A DNA stretch of 32,000 nt from assembly GCF_900187275.1 (NCBI RefSeq), contig NZ_LT906458.1, positions 2,160,001-2,192,000 on the forward strand, written 5' to 3'. The notes under the pieces were generated by a model. It ran no database searches, was not told where the DNA came from, and saw only the letters and a list, made by a program, of their open reading frames with translations. Position numbers and translations under genes: made by a program. This document shows, piece by piece, positions 18,449-27,055 of the stretch (the stretch's first letter is position 1; the number at the start of each line of letters is the position of its first letter). The DNA comes from Pasteurella multocida (GTDB lineage Bacteria > Pseudomonadota > Gammaproteobacteria > Enterobacterales > Pasteurellaceae).

Positions 18449-19005
18449 TGTAATTTCTCCCTTGCTATCTTCATACCTTCATTACTGTCCACATCTCGTA
18501 ATGCTTGTTCTATTTCCTCATCATCTTGGGTTTTACCTTTGCTGAGAGAATTAAACGCTTTCGGTATGGATAAAAGTTCTGCAATGATGAATAACACACA
18601 ACCTATAGGCAAAGCAGATTGTGCAACAGATAACGGAATAAAATCGAGGCTGGTGAGTGTTTCATCACCGAAAATAGAAAGCACATAAAAACCAGCCCAA
18701 GTTAATAAAATAAAGAAACTAATAATTAATACTTCTGTGATGCAGAAAAGAACCTTTCTTGTGGTGAGCGGTAACGAAGCGATAAAATTCCCGAATCCCA
18801 TATGACAACGATTTAACGCACTTAGTGCCGCACCATAAAAAGTGAGCCAAGCGAGTAATATCGCCGAGATTTCATCATACCAATATAATGATTTGCCTAA
18901 GAATCGGGTAAATATAGAAATAATGATAATAATGGCCAATGCACTTAAAATAAGTACTGAAATCAGCGTTAAAATTCTTTTCGTTAGGTTAAAGAGTGCG
19001 TCCAT
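18445..19005 (-). CDS. TRAP transporter small permease subunit (DctQ family), system 1
   Basis: 186 aa with four hydrophobic segments. It sits between the DctP and DctM genes and has an acidic C-terminal tail. Confidence 0.85.
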   Translation of the reverse strand: MDALFNLTKRILTLISVLILSALAIIIIISIFTRFLGKSLYWYDEISAILLAWLTFYGAALSALNRCHMGFGNFIASLPLTTRKVLFCITEVLIISFFILLTWAGFYVLSIFGDETLTSLDFIPLSVAQSALPIGCVLFIIAELLSIPKAFNSLSKGKTQDDEEIEQALRDVDSNEGMKIAREKLQ

Positions 19006-19028
19006 AAAAACTTACCCCCGGTTTCTTT

Positions 19029-20018
19029 TTACTTAAGCGTATCCTTCATTTTCTCTAATAATTCTTTTCCATTTGGAACTTCAGAAATGAATTCATCGTA
19101 GATAGGTTGGCTCGCTTCGATAAATGCTTGAATATTTGCATGATTAAGTGTCATGCCACTTTCTACTAATTTCTTTTCCAGTTCACTTTCTCGTTTTTCG
19201 GCCTCCTGATATCCCCATGTTTGTGCTTCTTTTGCCCCAGCTTCAATAATTTTCCGAACATTTTCAGGTAATTTTTGATATGTGTTTTTGCCTACCGTAA
19301 GGTAAGCAGGAGAATAAACATGGTTAGTGATACTGAGATATTTTTGAACCTCTTGGAGTTTGGCTGCATAGATGTTTGTTAGTGGGTTTTCTTGACCGTC
19401 TATGACGCCGGTTCTTAAACCAATAAACACGTCTCCGAAAGGAATTGGTGTTGGGTTAGCACCCCATGCTTTAAACATTTTTAAACGCCAAGAGCTACTT
19501 GGGGTACGAATTTTTAATCCTTTCAAGTCTTCAGGGCGATTGATTGGGCGTGTATTGTTAGTAATACTTCTAAATCCATTCTCCCATAACCCAATGATTT
19601 TATATCCTTTTTTCTCTACTTCTGGTGCAACGAAAGGATAGAAGACTTGTTGCTCAATTTTATTCAGCTGTTGACGGTTTGTGATTAAGAAAGGTAATTC
19701 AAAAATCGCCATTTGAGGAATGTTCGTAGCGAGTGTTGAAGAGAGAAGGGCTATATCAATCGTCCCTAATTTTAATTTTTGCTGCGTGTCTTTATCATTC
19801 CCTAGTTGACCAGAACCAAAGAAATTTAAACGGTAGTCTAATTTAGCTTCCGAAAGTTTTTGGTTTGTGACATCCACAAAATATTTTGTCGTGTCATATT
19901 GTAAAGAACCTAGACTAGCCGTTGTGGATACAACGAGATCTTTAGCCAGAATACTATTCGCAAATAAGAGTGATAAAGATGCCACAATGGTTAATCTTTT
20001 TAATAATGATGTACTCAT
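19029..20018 (-). CDS. TRAP transporter substrate-binding protein (DctP family), system 1
   Basis: Signal peptide LLKRLTIVASLSLLFANSILA. DctP-family core GFRSITNNTRPI...DLKGLKIRTP...WGANPTPIPF...TGVIDGQENP. I moved the start to the second ATG (20018), which has GGAG 9 nt upstream. The ORF-track ATG at 20033 has no SD. Confidence 0.9.
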   Translation of the reverse strand: MSTSLLKRLTIVASLSLLFANSILAKDLVVSTTASLGSLQYDTTKYFVDVTNQKLSEAKLDYRLNFFGSGQLGNDKDTQQKLKLGTIDIALLSSTLATNIPQMAIFELPFLITNRQQLNKIEQQVFYPFVAPEVEKKGYKIIGLWENGFRSITNNTRPINRPEDLKGLKIRTPSSSWRLKMFKAWGANPTPIPFGDVFIGLRTGVIDGQENPLTNIYAAKLQEVQKYLSITNHVYSPAYLTVGKNTYQKLPENVRKIIEAGAKEAQTWGYQEAEKRESELEKKLVESGMTLNHANIQAFIEASQPIYDEFISEVPNGKELLEKMKDTLK

Positions 20019-20164
20019 AGTGAAAGTCTCCATTAGTAGTTTTATGTTTGTGGAAGGATAAAACAGCCTAATAAATCCTCAGTGTTGAAAAGTGATTGGG
20101 ATATGCGAATATTGTTCAATATAACCAAAGGTGATCGTTTGTTCAATCTATGTAATTTTGAATA

Positions 20165-20180
20165 TGTGATCGTATTCACG
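20165..20180. promoter_or_regulatory. CRP-binding site (near-consensus) in the divergent control region
   Basis: TGTGA-TCGTAT-TCACG has one mismatch to TGTGA-N6-TCACA. A TATATT hexamer on the minus strand (20123..20118) would place the site centre near -61.5 of a leftward promoter (class I geometry). That placement is inference. Confidence 0.55.
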
Positions 20181-20260
20181 TTTTTGATGTACTATTAACA
20201 CAAAACCTTTTAAAGAACGGGGTTTTTATTTGAAAAAGTTTTAAAAAAGAAATTCAATTA

Positions 20261-20276
20261 TGTGATATTCATCACA
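20261..20276. promoter_or_regulatory. CRP-binding site (perfect core) upstream of the PdxA-family/dhaKL genes
   Basis: TGTGA-TATTCA-TCACA is a perfect consensus core. The TTTAAT hexamer at 20298..20303 would put the site centre near -41.5 (class II geometry). That placement is inference. Confidence 0.7.
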
Positions 20277-20370
20277 CTATAAAGGTATGAAATTTGTTTT
20301 AATACATTTAACAAAAGTTAAAATATTGATCTTTTGATCATTTCGTTTATTTGTTATTAGGAGAGTTATC

Positions 20371-21384
20371 ATGACGAAATCTACAGTGGCATTGACGTTA
20401 GGTGATCCTGCCGGTATTGGTCCAGAGTTAGTTGCTAAATTACTAGCAAAACAAAATATCAGAGAGAAAGCGAACATTGTGCTAGTGGCAGATAAAGATG
20501 AATTAGAAAAAGGGATGGAGATCGCTAAAGCACAGTTTGTATATGAAGAAGTATCTTTTCATCAATTAGGTCAATATGAATTCAAAACAGGTGTACCCGT
20601 TTTAATTTCTCATAAATCTTCACACCCAAAGCCTTTTGAGTACGGCAAAGTTACTGAACAAAGTGGTGTCTATATTTTAGAAACGCTAAAAGTCGCATTA
20701 AATTTAGCAAAAATGGGGTATGTGCAAGCGATTTGTTTTGCACCACTAAATAAACAAGCGATGCATAAAGGTGGACTGCGTTATCGAGATGAATTGCATT
20801 GGTTTGCCGAGCAAACAGATTTCAATGAATTTGTTTGTGAGTTAAATGTGGTTGATGATATTTGGGCTGCACGAGTGACTTCTCATATTCCATTTAAAGA
20901 TATTGTGCCTAATCTATCAATTAAGGGTGTATTTGATTGTATTCATCTTCTCTATCGCTCGTTAGTTCAAGCTGGTGTTGAAAATCCTAAAATCGCTGTT
21001 CAGGCATTAAATCCTCATGGCGGGGAAGGGGGTGTTTTTGGTGATGAAGAAATGACGATTATTCAACCAGGAATGGAACAAGCACGTAAAGCAGGAATTG
21101 ATGTTTATGGCCCATTTCCTGGTGATACCACAATGCGTGAAGTTGAACGTTTAAAAATTAATGGCGTTGTTTCCATGTACCATGATCAATTTTCTACTGC
21201 GTTGAAGATTTTAGGTTTTGAACGTGGTGTGACAGTACAAGGTGGCATTCCGATTCCTATCACAACAGCTAACCACGGTACCGCATTTGATTTACATGGT
21301 AAAAATATTGCTATTCCGACTGCATTTGAAGCAGCGTTTAACATTGCAGTTAGAATGGGACAGGGTGTTTTAAATCAAAAGTAA
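20371..21384 (+). CDS. PdxA-family NAD-dependent 4-phospho-hydroxyacid dehydrogenase (PdxA2-like; true substrate unknown)
   Basis: LTLGDPAGIGPEL, LNPHGGEGG, MYHDQ and TTANHGTAFDL are signature motifs of the PdxA / 4-hydroxythreonine-4-phosphate dehydrogenase family. Strong SD TAGGAGAG. Confidence 0.85.
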   Translation: MTKSTVALTLGDPAGIGPELVAKLLAKQNIREKANIVLVADKDELEKGMEIAKAQFVYEEVSFHQLGQYEFKTGVPVLISHKSSHPKPFEYGKVTEQSGVYILETLKVALNLAKMGYVQAICFAPLNKQAMHKGGLRYRDELHWFAEQTDFNEFVCELNVVDDIWAARVTSHIPFKDIVPNLSIKGVFDCIHLLYRSLVQAGVENPKIAVQALNPHGGEGGVFGDEEMTIIQPGMEQARKAGIDVYGPFPGDTTMREVERLKINGVVSMYHDQFSTALKILGFERGVTVQGGIPIPITTANHGTAFDLHGKNIAIPTAFEAAFNIAVRMGQGVLNQK

Positions 21385-21404
21385 TCTTTGCTGAGGACTC
21401 AAAA

Positions 21405-22409
21405 ATGACTAGAAAACCAAAAAAACTCCTTAATCATCCAAATGATGTGCCTGCGGAGCAATTAGAAGGGTTGCTCTATGCATGCCATGGGAAACTTTCA
21501 AAAGTAGAGGGTTATAGTGGAGTGATTCGTACAGATATTGCAGATCAGCAAGTCGTCGTGGTTACTGGTGGTGGTAGTGGACATGAACCGATGTTTGCGG
21601 GCTTTGTGGGGAAAGGATTAGCAGACGCTGCGGCACTGGGTGAAATTTTTACTTCACCTTCTCCAGATATTATTATCGAAACGACTAAAGCCGCACAAAA
21701 AGGTCAAGGTGTTCTTTTCGTCTATGGTAATTATGCTGGGGATAATATGAATTTTGATATTGCGGCAGAATTATTAGAAGAAGAAGGTATCACTGTCAAA
21801 ACCGTACGTGTGACAGACGATATTTCTGCGGCACCGCCAGAAAGAATGCAAGAACGTCGTGGTGTTGCTGGTGATATGTATGTCCTTAAAATTGCAGGTG
21901 CAGCCGTTCAGTCCGGTTATGACCTTGACGCCTTACATGAAGTGACGAGTAAAGGGAATTTTAATACTCGAACTATGGGGGTTGCTTTAGCGGCATGTTC
22001 TATTCCTCAGACAGGAAAATTTAACTTTGAGCTTGCAGATGACGAATTAGAGCTCGGTATGGGGATTCATGGTGAAACGGGCGTAAGACGTCAGAAATTA
22101 ACAAGTGCGGATGAAATTAACCAAGAAATTGTTGATCGGATTTGTGCGGATATCGGGTTGCAAGCAGGAGATAGGGTGTGTGTCACAATCAATAATTTAG
22201 GTGCGGCAACTTATACTGAGTTATTGATTTCAAACCGCAAAGTCCATCAAGAATTAACAAAACGTGGTATTCAGGTGCATGACACTTTGATTGGTTCTTA
22301 TTGTACGTCTCAGGAAATGGCGGGGTATTCTGTGACACTTTTCCGCTTAGATGATGAATTACAAAAATTATATGACTTGCCTTGTGATGGTTTTGCATGG
22401 AGAAAATAA
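21405..22409 (+). CDS. dhaK: Dihydroxyacetone-kinase-family substrate-binding subunit DhaK (Dak1 domain)
   Basis: VVTGGGSGHEPMFAGFVGKG and ELGMGIHGETG are Dak1 motifs. 334 aa. Confidence 0.9.
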   Translation: MTRKPKKLLNHPNDVPAEQLEGLLYACHGKLSKVEGYSGVIRTDIADQQVVVVTGGGSGHEPMFAGFVGKGLADAAALGEIFTSPSPDIIIETTKAAQKGQGVLFVYGNYAGDNMNFDIAAELLEEEGITVKTVRVTDDISAAPPERMQERRGVAGDMYVLKIAGAAVQSGYDLDALHEVTSKGNFNTRTMGVALAACSIPQTGKFNFELADDELELGMGIHGETGVRRQKLTSADEINQEIVDRICADIGLQAGDRVCVTINNLGAATYTELLISNRKVHQELTKRGIQVHDTLIGSYCTSQEMAGYSVTLFRLDDELQKLYDLPCDGFAWRK

Positions 22410-22410
22410 A

Positions 22411-23037
22411 ATGAATGTAATTGAAACAAAAGCATTATTGCTATATACCGCAGAGAAAATGATGGCAAGCGAGCCAACACTTACTGAACTTGATCTCAAG
22501 ATCGGTGATGGTGATCATGGTTTAGGCATGTTACGTGGATTTACGGCAGTAAGAGATCTGTTACAGCAAGAGAATTTTCAACCTAAAGACATTGGCGAGT
22601 TATTTGTGACAGTTGGGACGAAAATGATGTCAAGTATGGGAGGCGCTTCTGGCGCGATATTTGGCACCCTCTTTCGTGCTGGAGGTAAGGCGATTATTGG
22701 AGAGAATGAATTCGATACTTCGGTTTTTGCTAAATTTCTTGTAGCGGGTTCAAGTGCTGTATTTGCGAGAGGTGGTGCTAAGCCGGGTGATAAAACAATG
22801 GTTGATGCTCTTGTTGCCGCAGAGAAAAAAGCGGAGGAAGTTAGTCATGAGCCACTTAATGTTGCTTTATTAAGTATTGCAAAAGCTGCAGAAGAAGGCG
22901 CTGAAAATACCCGTCACCAAGTTGCTGTTTTTGGTCGTGCCAAAAGTTTGGGGGAGCGTTCATTAGGTTATGTTGATCCCGGTGCTGTTTCAATGTCATT
23001 CATCATTAAGTATATGGCTGAATTTGTTAACCAATAA
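22411..23037 (+). CDS. dhaL: Dihydroxyacetone-kinase-family nucleotide-binding subunit DhaL (Dak2 domain)
   Basis: LDLKIGDGDHGLGM is the DxxxGDGDxG Mg-nucleotide motif of Dak2. I set the start at the ATG at 22411, with GGAG 8 nt upstream and 1 nt after the dhaK stop. The ORF-track extension to 22351 overlaps dhaK. Confidence 0.9.
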   Translation: MNVIETKALLLYTAEKMMASEPTLTELDLKIGDGDHGLGMLRGFTAVRDLLQQENFQPKDIGELFVTVGTKMMSSMGGASGAIFGTLFRAGGKAIIGENEFDTSVFAKFLVAGSSAVFARGGAKPGDKTMVDALVAAEKKAEEVSHEPLNVALLSIAKAAEEGAENTRHQVAVFGRAKSLGERSLGYVDPGAVSMSFIIKYMAEFVNQ

Positions 23038-23215
23038 TATTTTTAAGTATAGAAGATAAGAGCGGAAGAAAGTCGTGTACTAAAAAAGCATCATATAAAT
23101 ATGCCTTTTATACATTTTCTGCTCTATCTCTTGATGGCTATTGCACTGTTTCTATTCGGGAAATAAATAACCTAGAAAGTCAAGTTAGCGTTAAATTTTA
23201 TCATTGGAATACAGA

Positions 23216-24076
23216 ATGGAAAGTAAAATAAAACTCGCGGTCAACACGTCAATCTATGACGGCTATGATTTAGAAACGATCTTTTCGTCAATAAGAAAGT
23301 GCGGTTTCCAGTTTTTCGAATTAGCATATAATCAGGGTTATGTCAGTGATTTTAAAGAAGACCGCTTTAGCGAAAAACATGCGGGTGAAATTAATCTCTT
23401 AAAAGATAAATATCAATTAAATACGTTGGCGCTTGGCTGTACAATGGATTTAGCAACAGATGATTTATCTTCAATTTTTTTACCTCGTCTCCAGTTTGCT
23501 CATTTAATTGGTGCAAAATATATCAATGTCTGTACGACACAATTAGTTAATAAAAATAAGCTTATTCAAAATCTTATTTCGCTCAAGCCTTTGTTAGCGC
23601 GTTTTGATTGTATTTTATGCTTAGAAAATGCGGGCGATTATAATTTTAATGCGTTTACGACGTTAGAGGATGGTATTGAATTATTACATTTATTAGGTGA
23701 TGAACGTTATGCCTTAAATTTTGATCCCGGTAATATGATGACTTATCAACCTCATCTGGATATTGTCCAACAAGCATTGGATTCCATGCAGTACTGCAGA
23801 TATTTTCATGTTAAAGATGTGGTTGTTCAAAAAGATAAATTTAATTTTGTGACTATTGGACAAGGTGAAATAGATTATTCACTTATTGTGAATAAGTTAA
23901 TTGAAAGCGATATCCCTTTTAGTTTTGAAATTCCATTGCGTATATATAGAGAGCTTGATTCTACACCGAAGAAAATAGAAGGTTTGATTCCTTTGCCGTT
24001 AATTGAAACGACATTGATTGAATCAAAAAAATACATTGATGATATTTATAAAGGATTAGTGAATAAAAATGAGTGA
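23216..24076 (+). CDS. Sugar phosphate isomerase/epimerase, xylose-isomerase-like TIM barrel family
   Basis: Pattern F.FFEL..., GAKYINV, LCLENAG, LNFDPGN, FHVKD and GQGEIDY matches the AP_endonuc_2 / xylose-isomerase-like barrel (metal ligands E, D, H, E spaced as usual). The start is uncertain, either the ATG at 23216 or the TTG at 23204, and the SD is weak. Confidence 0.75.
   Translation: MESKIKLAVNTSIYDGYDLETIFSSIRKCGFQFFELAYNQGYVSDFKEDRFSEKHAGEINLLKDKYQLNTLALGCTMDLATDDLSSIFLPRLQFAHLIGAKYINVCTTQLVNKNKLIQNLISLKPLLARFDCILCLENAGDYNFNAFTTLEDGIELLHLLGDERYALNFDPGNMMTYQPHLDIVQQALDSMQYCRYFHVKDVVVQKDKFNFVTIGQGEIDYSLIVNKLIESDIPFSFEIPLRIYRELDSTPKKIEGLIPLPLIETTLIESKKYIDDIYKGLVNKNE
23297..23305 (+). 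repeat. Hin-type USS core AAGTGCGGT (the only perfect copy I found right of 15 kb)
   Basis: Exact 9-mer followed by a T-rich extension (TTTCCAGTTTTTCG). Confidence 0.8.
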
Positions 24077-25022
24077 AGAAGAAATGGATTTATTAACCGA
24101 GATTGCAGTTTCTTACTATGAACATGAGTTAACGCAAGAGGAAATTGCAAACCGATTTAATATCTCTCGAGTTAAGATTGGTCGGTTATTAAAGAAAGCC
24201 CGTCAGGAAGGGATTGTTGAAATTAATGTGAAATATCACCCGATTTTCACATCAAAATTAGAACAGCGTTTGATAGAACAGTTTGGTATTCATCGCGCCT
24301 TAATTGCTATTGATACTCAGAATGAAGTAGAACAGCGCAAACAAGTCGCTGCGTTAGTAAATGCCTATTTATCCAGTACGTTAAAAGACGGTATGACAGT
24401 AGCAGTTGGGCAAGGACGAAATGTAGCCGCCGTTGGAGAATATGTGGGCGTTTTTCCTGAGCGAAATTGTAAGTTCATTTGTGGTATCGGTGGTACACAT
24501 CGAATAGGTCCACCAATAGATGCTGACCATATTTGCCGTAACTTAGCGCGTAAATTTAATGGCACTAACGAAACGTTGTATTCCCCTGCTTATTTAGAAA
24601 AGCCCGAATTTAGAGATATTTTTTTACAAAATGGGGTAATAAAAGAAACGCTTGATAAAGCTCGCAAAGCGGATATTGCTTTGGTTGGCATCGGTGATAT
24701 GAATGAGAATAGCTATATGGTTCAGTTGGGATGGTTTACTCCTCAGGAAATTACGCATGCACGCATGAATTTAGGTGTGGTAGGTGAGATTGCAGGCTAT
24801 GGCTTTTTTAACTTTCAAGGAGAGCCTGCGGATACAGTGATGAATAACCGAGTGATTGGTTTAAGTCTTGAAGATTTAAGAAAGATACCTTGCGTGATAG
24901 GCATCGCTTCTGAAAATACAAAAGCGACGGCAATTTTGGGCGCTTTAAGAACAGGAATTATTAATATTATTGCTACAACCGCCAGCAACATTAACACAAT
25001 TTTGAGTTTAACGAAAAGTTAA
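24069..25022 (+). CDS. SorC-family transcriptional regulator (HTH plus sugar-phosphate-binding domain)
   Basis: The N-terminal LTQEEIANRFNISRVKIGRLLKKARQEGIVEI is an HTH, followed by a roughly 250-aa SorC/DeoR(Bsu)/CggR/EryD-type effector domain. It overlaps the upstream gene by 8 nt. Confidence 0.85.
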   Translation: MSEEEMDLLTEIAVSYYEHELTQEEIANRFNISRVKIGRLLKKARQEGIVEINVKYHPIFTSKLEQRLIEQFGIHRALIAIDTQNEVEQRKQVAALVNAYLSSTLKDGMTVAVGQGRNVAAVGEYVGVFPERNCKFICGIGGTHRIGPPIDADHICRNLARKFNGTNETLYSPAYLEKPEFRDIFLQNGVIKETLDKARKADIALVGIGDMNENSYMVQLGWFTPQEITHARMNLGVVGEIAGYGFFNFQGEPADTVMNNRVIGLSLEDLRKIPCVIGIASENTKATAILGALRTGIINIIATTASNINTILSLTKS

Positions 25023-25043
25023 GATACTGATAAGGAGCTAAAA

Positions 25044-25499
25044 ATGAAAATCGCCATTGGCTGTGATGATGCGGCTTATAATTTGAAGGTGGAATTAATT
25101 AAGTTTTTAACTTCCCTTGGCATTGAATGTGATGATTTTGGTGCGGGTGCTGGTGATACAACACTGTATCCGAATGTTGCTGAGAAAGTCGCAATCGCTG
25201 TCGCAAAAGGAGAATATGACAGAGGCATTTTAACCTGTGGAACAGGAATTGGTATGTGCATTACTGCGAATAAGATTCCTGGGATTCGTGCTGCTGTGTG
25301 TCATGATGTTTTTTCTGCAGAGCGAGCAAGAAAGAGTAATGATGCGCAGATTATTTGTTTTGGTGAAAGGGTTATCGGTGTCGAATTGGCCAAAGCATTA
25401 TTAAAAACGTGGTTAGCGTGTGACTTCGCAGGTGGTGGTTCTACACCTAAAGTTGCGCAAATTAATGAAATTGATTCTAAATATCATCGCTCTTTATAG
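25044..25499 (+). CDS. rpiB: RpiB/LacA/LacB-family sugar-phosphate isomerase
   Basis: MKIAIGCDDAAYNLK, GILTCGTGIGMCITANK (catalytic Cys) and RKSNDAQIICFGERV. 151 aa. Confidence 0.9.
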   Translation: MKIAIGCDDAAYNLKVELIKFLTSLGIECDDFGAGAGDTTLYPNVAEKVAIAVAKGEYDRGILTCGTGIGMCITANKIPGIRAAVCHDVFSAERARKSNDAQIICFGERVIGVELAKALLKTWLACDFAGGGSTPKVAQINEIDSKYHRSL

Positions 25500-25547
25500 C
25501 GATATTAGAATTGAATGTGTTCTTATTTTAACAATAGGGTGTGACTT

Positions 25548-26525
25548 ATGAAAAAACTTAATCTTATTTCTTCTGCGATAGTATTAACAATGTTTTCTAG
25601 TGCGTCTATTGCGGCCAGCAACTACACATTTGCTTTGAGTCATTATGGTTCACCAAGTGATACGGTGACAAAAGCGACAGAGTTAATGGCAAAAAGAGCG
25701 CATGAATTATCTAATGGTCGCATTACCATAAAATTACATCCGAATAGTGAATTAGGTAATTCAGGTGCACAAATTGATGGTGTGCGTATGGGGACAATTG
25801 ATATTGTGGTTGTGGGAAATCCATATTATACCACTTTCAATGAAGAGCTAAATTTACTTGATTTACCTTTCTTATTCCGTGATGAAGCACATGTTGAAAA
25901 AGTTTTAGCAGGCGATGTTGGTGAGCATTTGTTAGCTTCTTTTGAAAAAGTGGGGCTTAAAGGTCTAGCGTTTTATGAAGTCGGCTTTAGAGATATTACC
26001 AATAATAAACGCCCTATCAGTACAGTCAAAGATTTATCCCATTTGAAATTAAGAACGACACCAAATCCAGCACATATTTCTGCATTTAAAGAATGGGGTG
26101 TGAATCCAACACCAATGCCATTTAATGAAGTCTATTTTTCTTTAAAAACAGGGGTCATCGATGGCCAAGAGAACCCAGTTCATCATATTTATAACAATAA
26201 CTTACAAGAAGTTCAAAAATATCTTTCTCTGACTCACCATGCCTATACAGCCGCGCCAATGACCATGAATTTAGATACCTTTAATTCTTTGGATAAAGAA
26301 ACGCAGCGTATTTTATTACAAGTGGCTAAAGAAGGGGCAGAGTTAGAAAAACAACTCAACATTGAAGAGAATAAAATTTATCTTGGTAAATTGAAAGAAC
26401 AAGGAATGGAAATTGAGTATTCCCCAGATACGGCGTCATTCCAAGAAGGTGCTAAAAAAGCATGGCATGATTATGCGAAAAAATTTGGTGACAAATTAAT
26501 TAATAAAGTGGTTGAAACTCAATAA
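25548..26525 (+). CDS. TRAP transporter substrate-binding protein (DctP family), system 2
   Basis: Signal peptide MKKLNLISSAIVLTMFSSASIAA. Core GFRDITNNKRPI...DLSHLKLRTT...WGVNPTPMPF...TGVIDGQENP. It is paralogous to 19029..20018. Confidence 0.9.
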   Translation: MKKLNLISSAIVLTMFSSASIAASNYTFALSHYGSPSDTVTKATELMAKRAHELSNGRITIKLHPNSELGNSGAQIDGVRMGTIDIVVVGNPYYTTFNEELNLLDLPFLFRDEAHVEKVLAGDVGEHLLASFEKVGLKGLAFYEVGFRDITNNKRPISTVKDLSHLKLRTTPNPAHISAFKEWGVNPTPMPFNEVYFSLKTGVIDGQENPVHHIYNNNLQEVQKYLSLTHHAYTAAPMTMNLDTFNSLDKETQRILLQVAKEGAELEKQLNIEENKIYLGKLKEQGMEIEYSPDTASFQEGAKKAWHDYAKKFGDKLINKVVETQ

Positions 26526-26530
26526 TAGGT

Positions 26531-26561
26531 AAAAGGCTACTAGTAAATAGTAGCCATTTTT
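26531..26561 (+). terminator. Intercistronic hairpin / partial terminator between the DctP and DctQ genes of system 2
   Basis: GGCTACT (26535..26541) / AGTAGCC (26549..26555) with a 7-nt loop, followed by ATTTTT. Confidence 0.5.
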
Positions 26562-26578
26562 ACATTCAAGAGGGAATT

Positions 26579-27055
26579 ATGATTGAACGTTATAATAAAT
26601 TTATTAGTAATACTTTCCTTTCTTTAGGATGTGTATTCTTTTCAATCCTCGTCATTATGACCTTTATTCAAGTGATTACAAGATATGTTGTGAATATCTC
26701 TTTCCCTTGGGCAGAGGAGTTTTTGCGATTTTGTTATACATGGATGATTATCTTTGGCATTTTGACAACCACACAGATCCAAGTGCCCTTACTCAGAATC
26801 ATGATTTTTGAGAAGTTTAAATTTGGTTGGGTTTTATCCTCTTTACTTTATTGCATTATGTTGTTTTGTTTATTCCTATTAGTTAAAGGTGGAATAAAGC
26901 TTTATACAATGAATGTAAATAGCTATTACTCTGCATTCAAAATTTCTATTTCTTGGGTTTATGTGCCATTTATTATTTGTTTATCTCTAGAAGCATTCAG
27001 AATTGTATTGGCTTTAATTGCGTTAATTCAAACTAAAAAAGTGAGGGATCTATAA
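26579..27055 (+). CDS. TRAP transporter small permease subunit (DctQ family), system 2
   Basis: 158 aa with four hydrophobic segments. Its stop overlaps the DctM start (TAATG). Confidence 0.85.
   Translation: MIERYNKFISNTFLSLGCVFFSILVIMTFIQVITRYVVNISFPWAEEFLRFCYTWMIIFGILTTTQIQVPLLRIMIFEKFKFGWVLSSLLYCIMLFCLFLLVKGGIKLYTMNVNSYYSAFKISISWVYVPFIICLSLEAFRIVLALIALIQTKKVRDL

Noticed and set aside
20277-20477. 66-aa minus-strand ORF overlapping the start of the PdxA-family gene
   Set aside because: It is antisense to a strongly supported gene and covers the CRP/promoter region. It has no SD.
22351-22410. Upstream extension of DhaL in the ORF track (MMNYKNYMTCLVMVLHGENK)
   Set aside because: It overlaps the dhaK 3' end in another frame. 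The ATG at 22411 has a proper GGAG SD and begins where Dak2 homology begins.
26629-26811. 60-aa ORF inside the DctQ gene of system 2
   Set aside because: It is an alternative frame of a supported membrane-protein gene.
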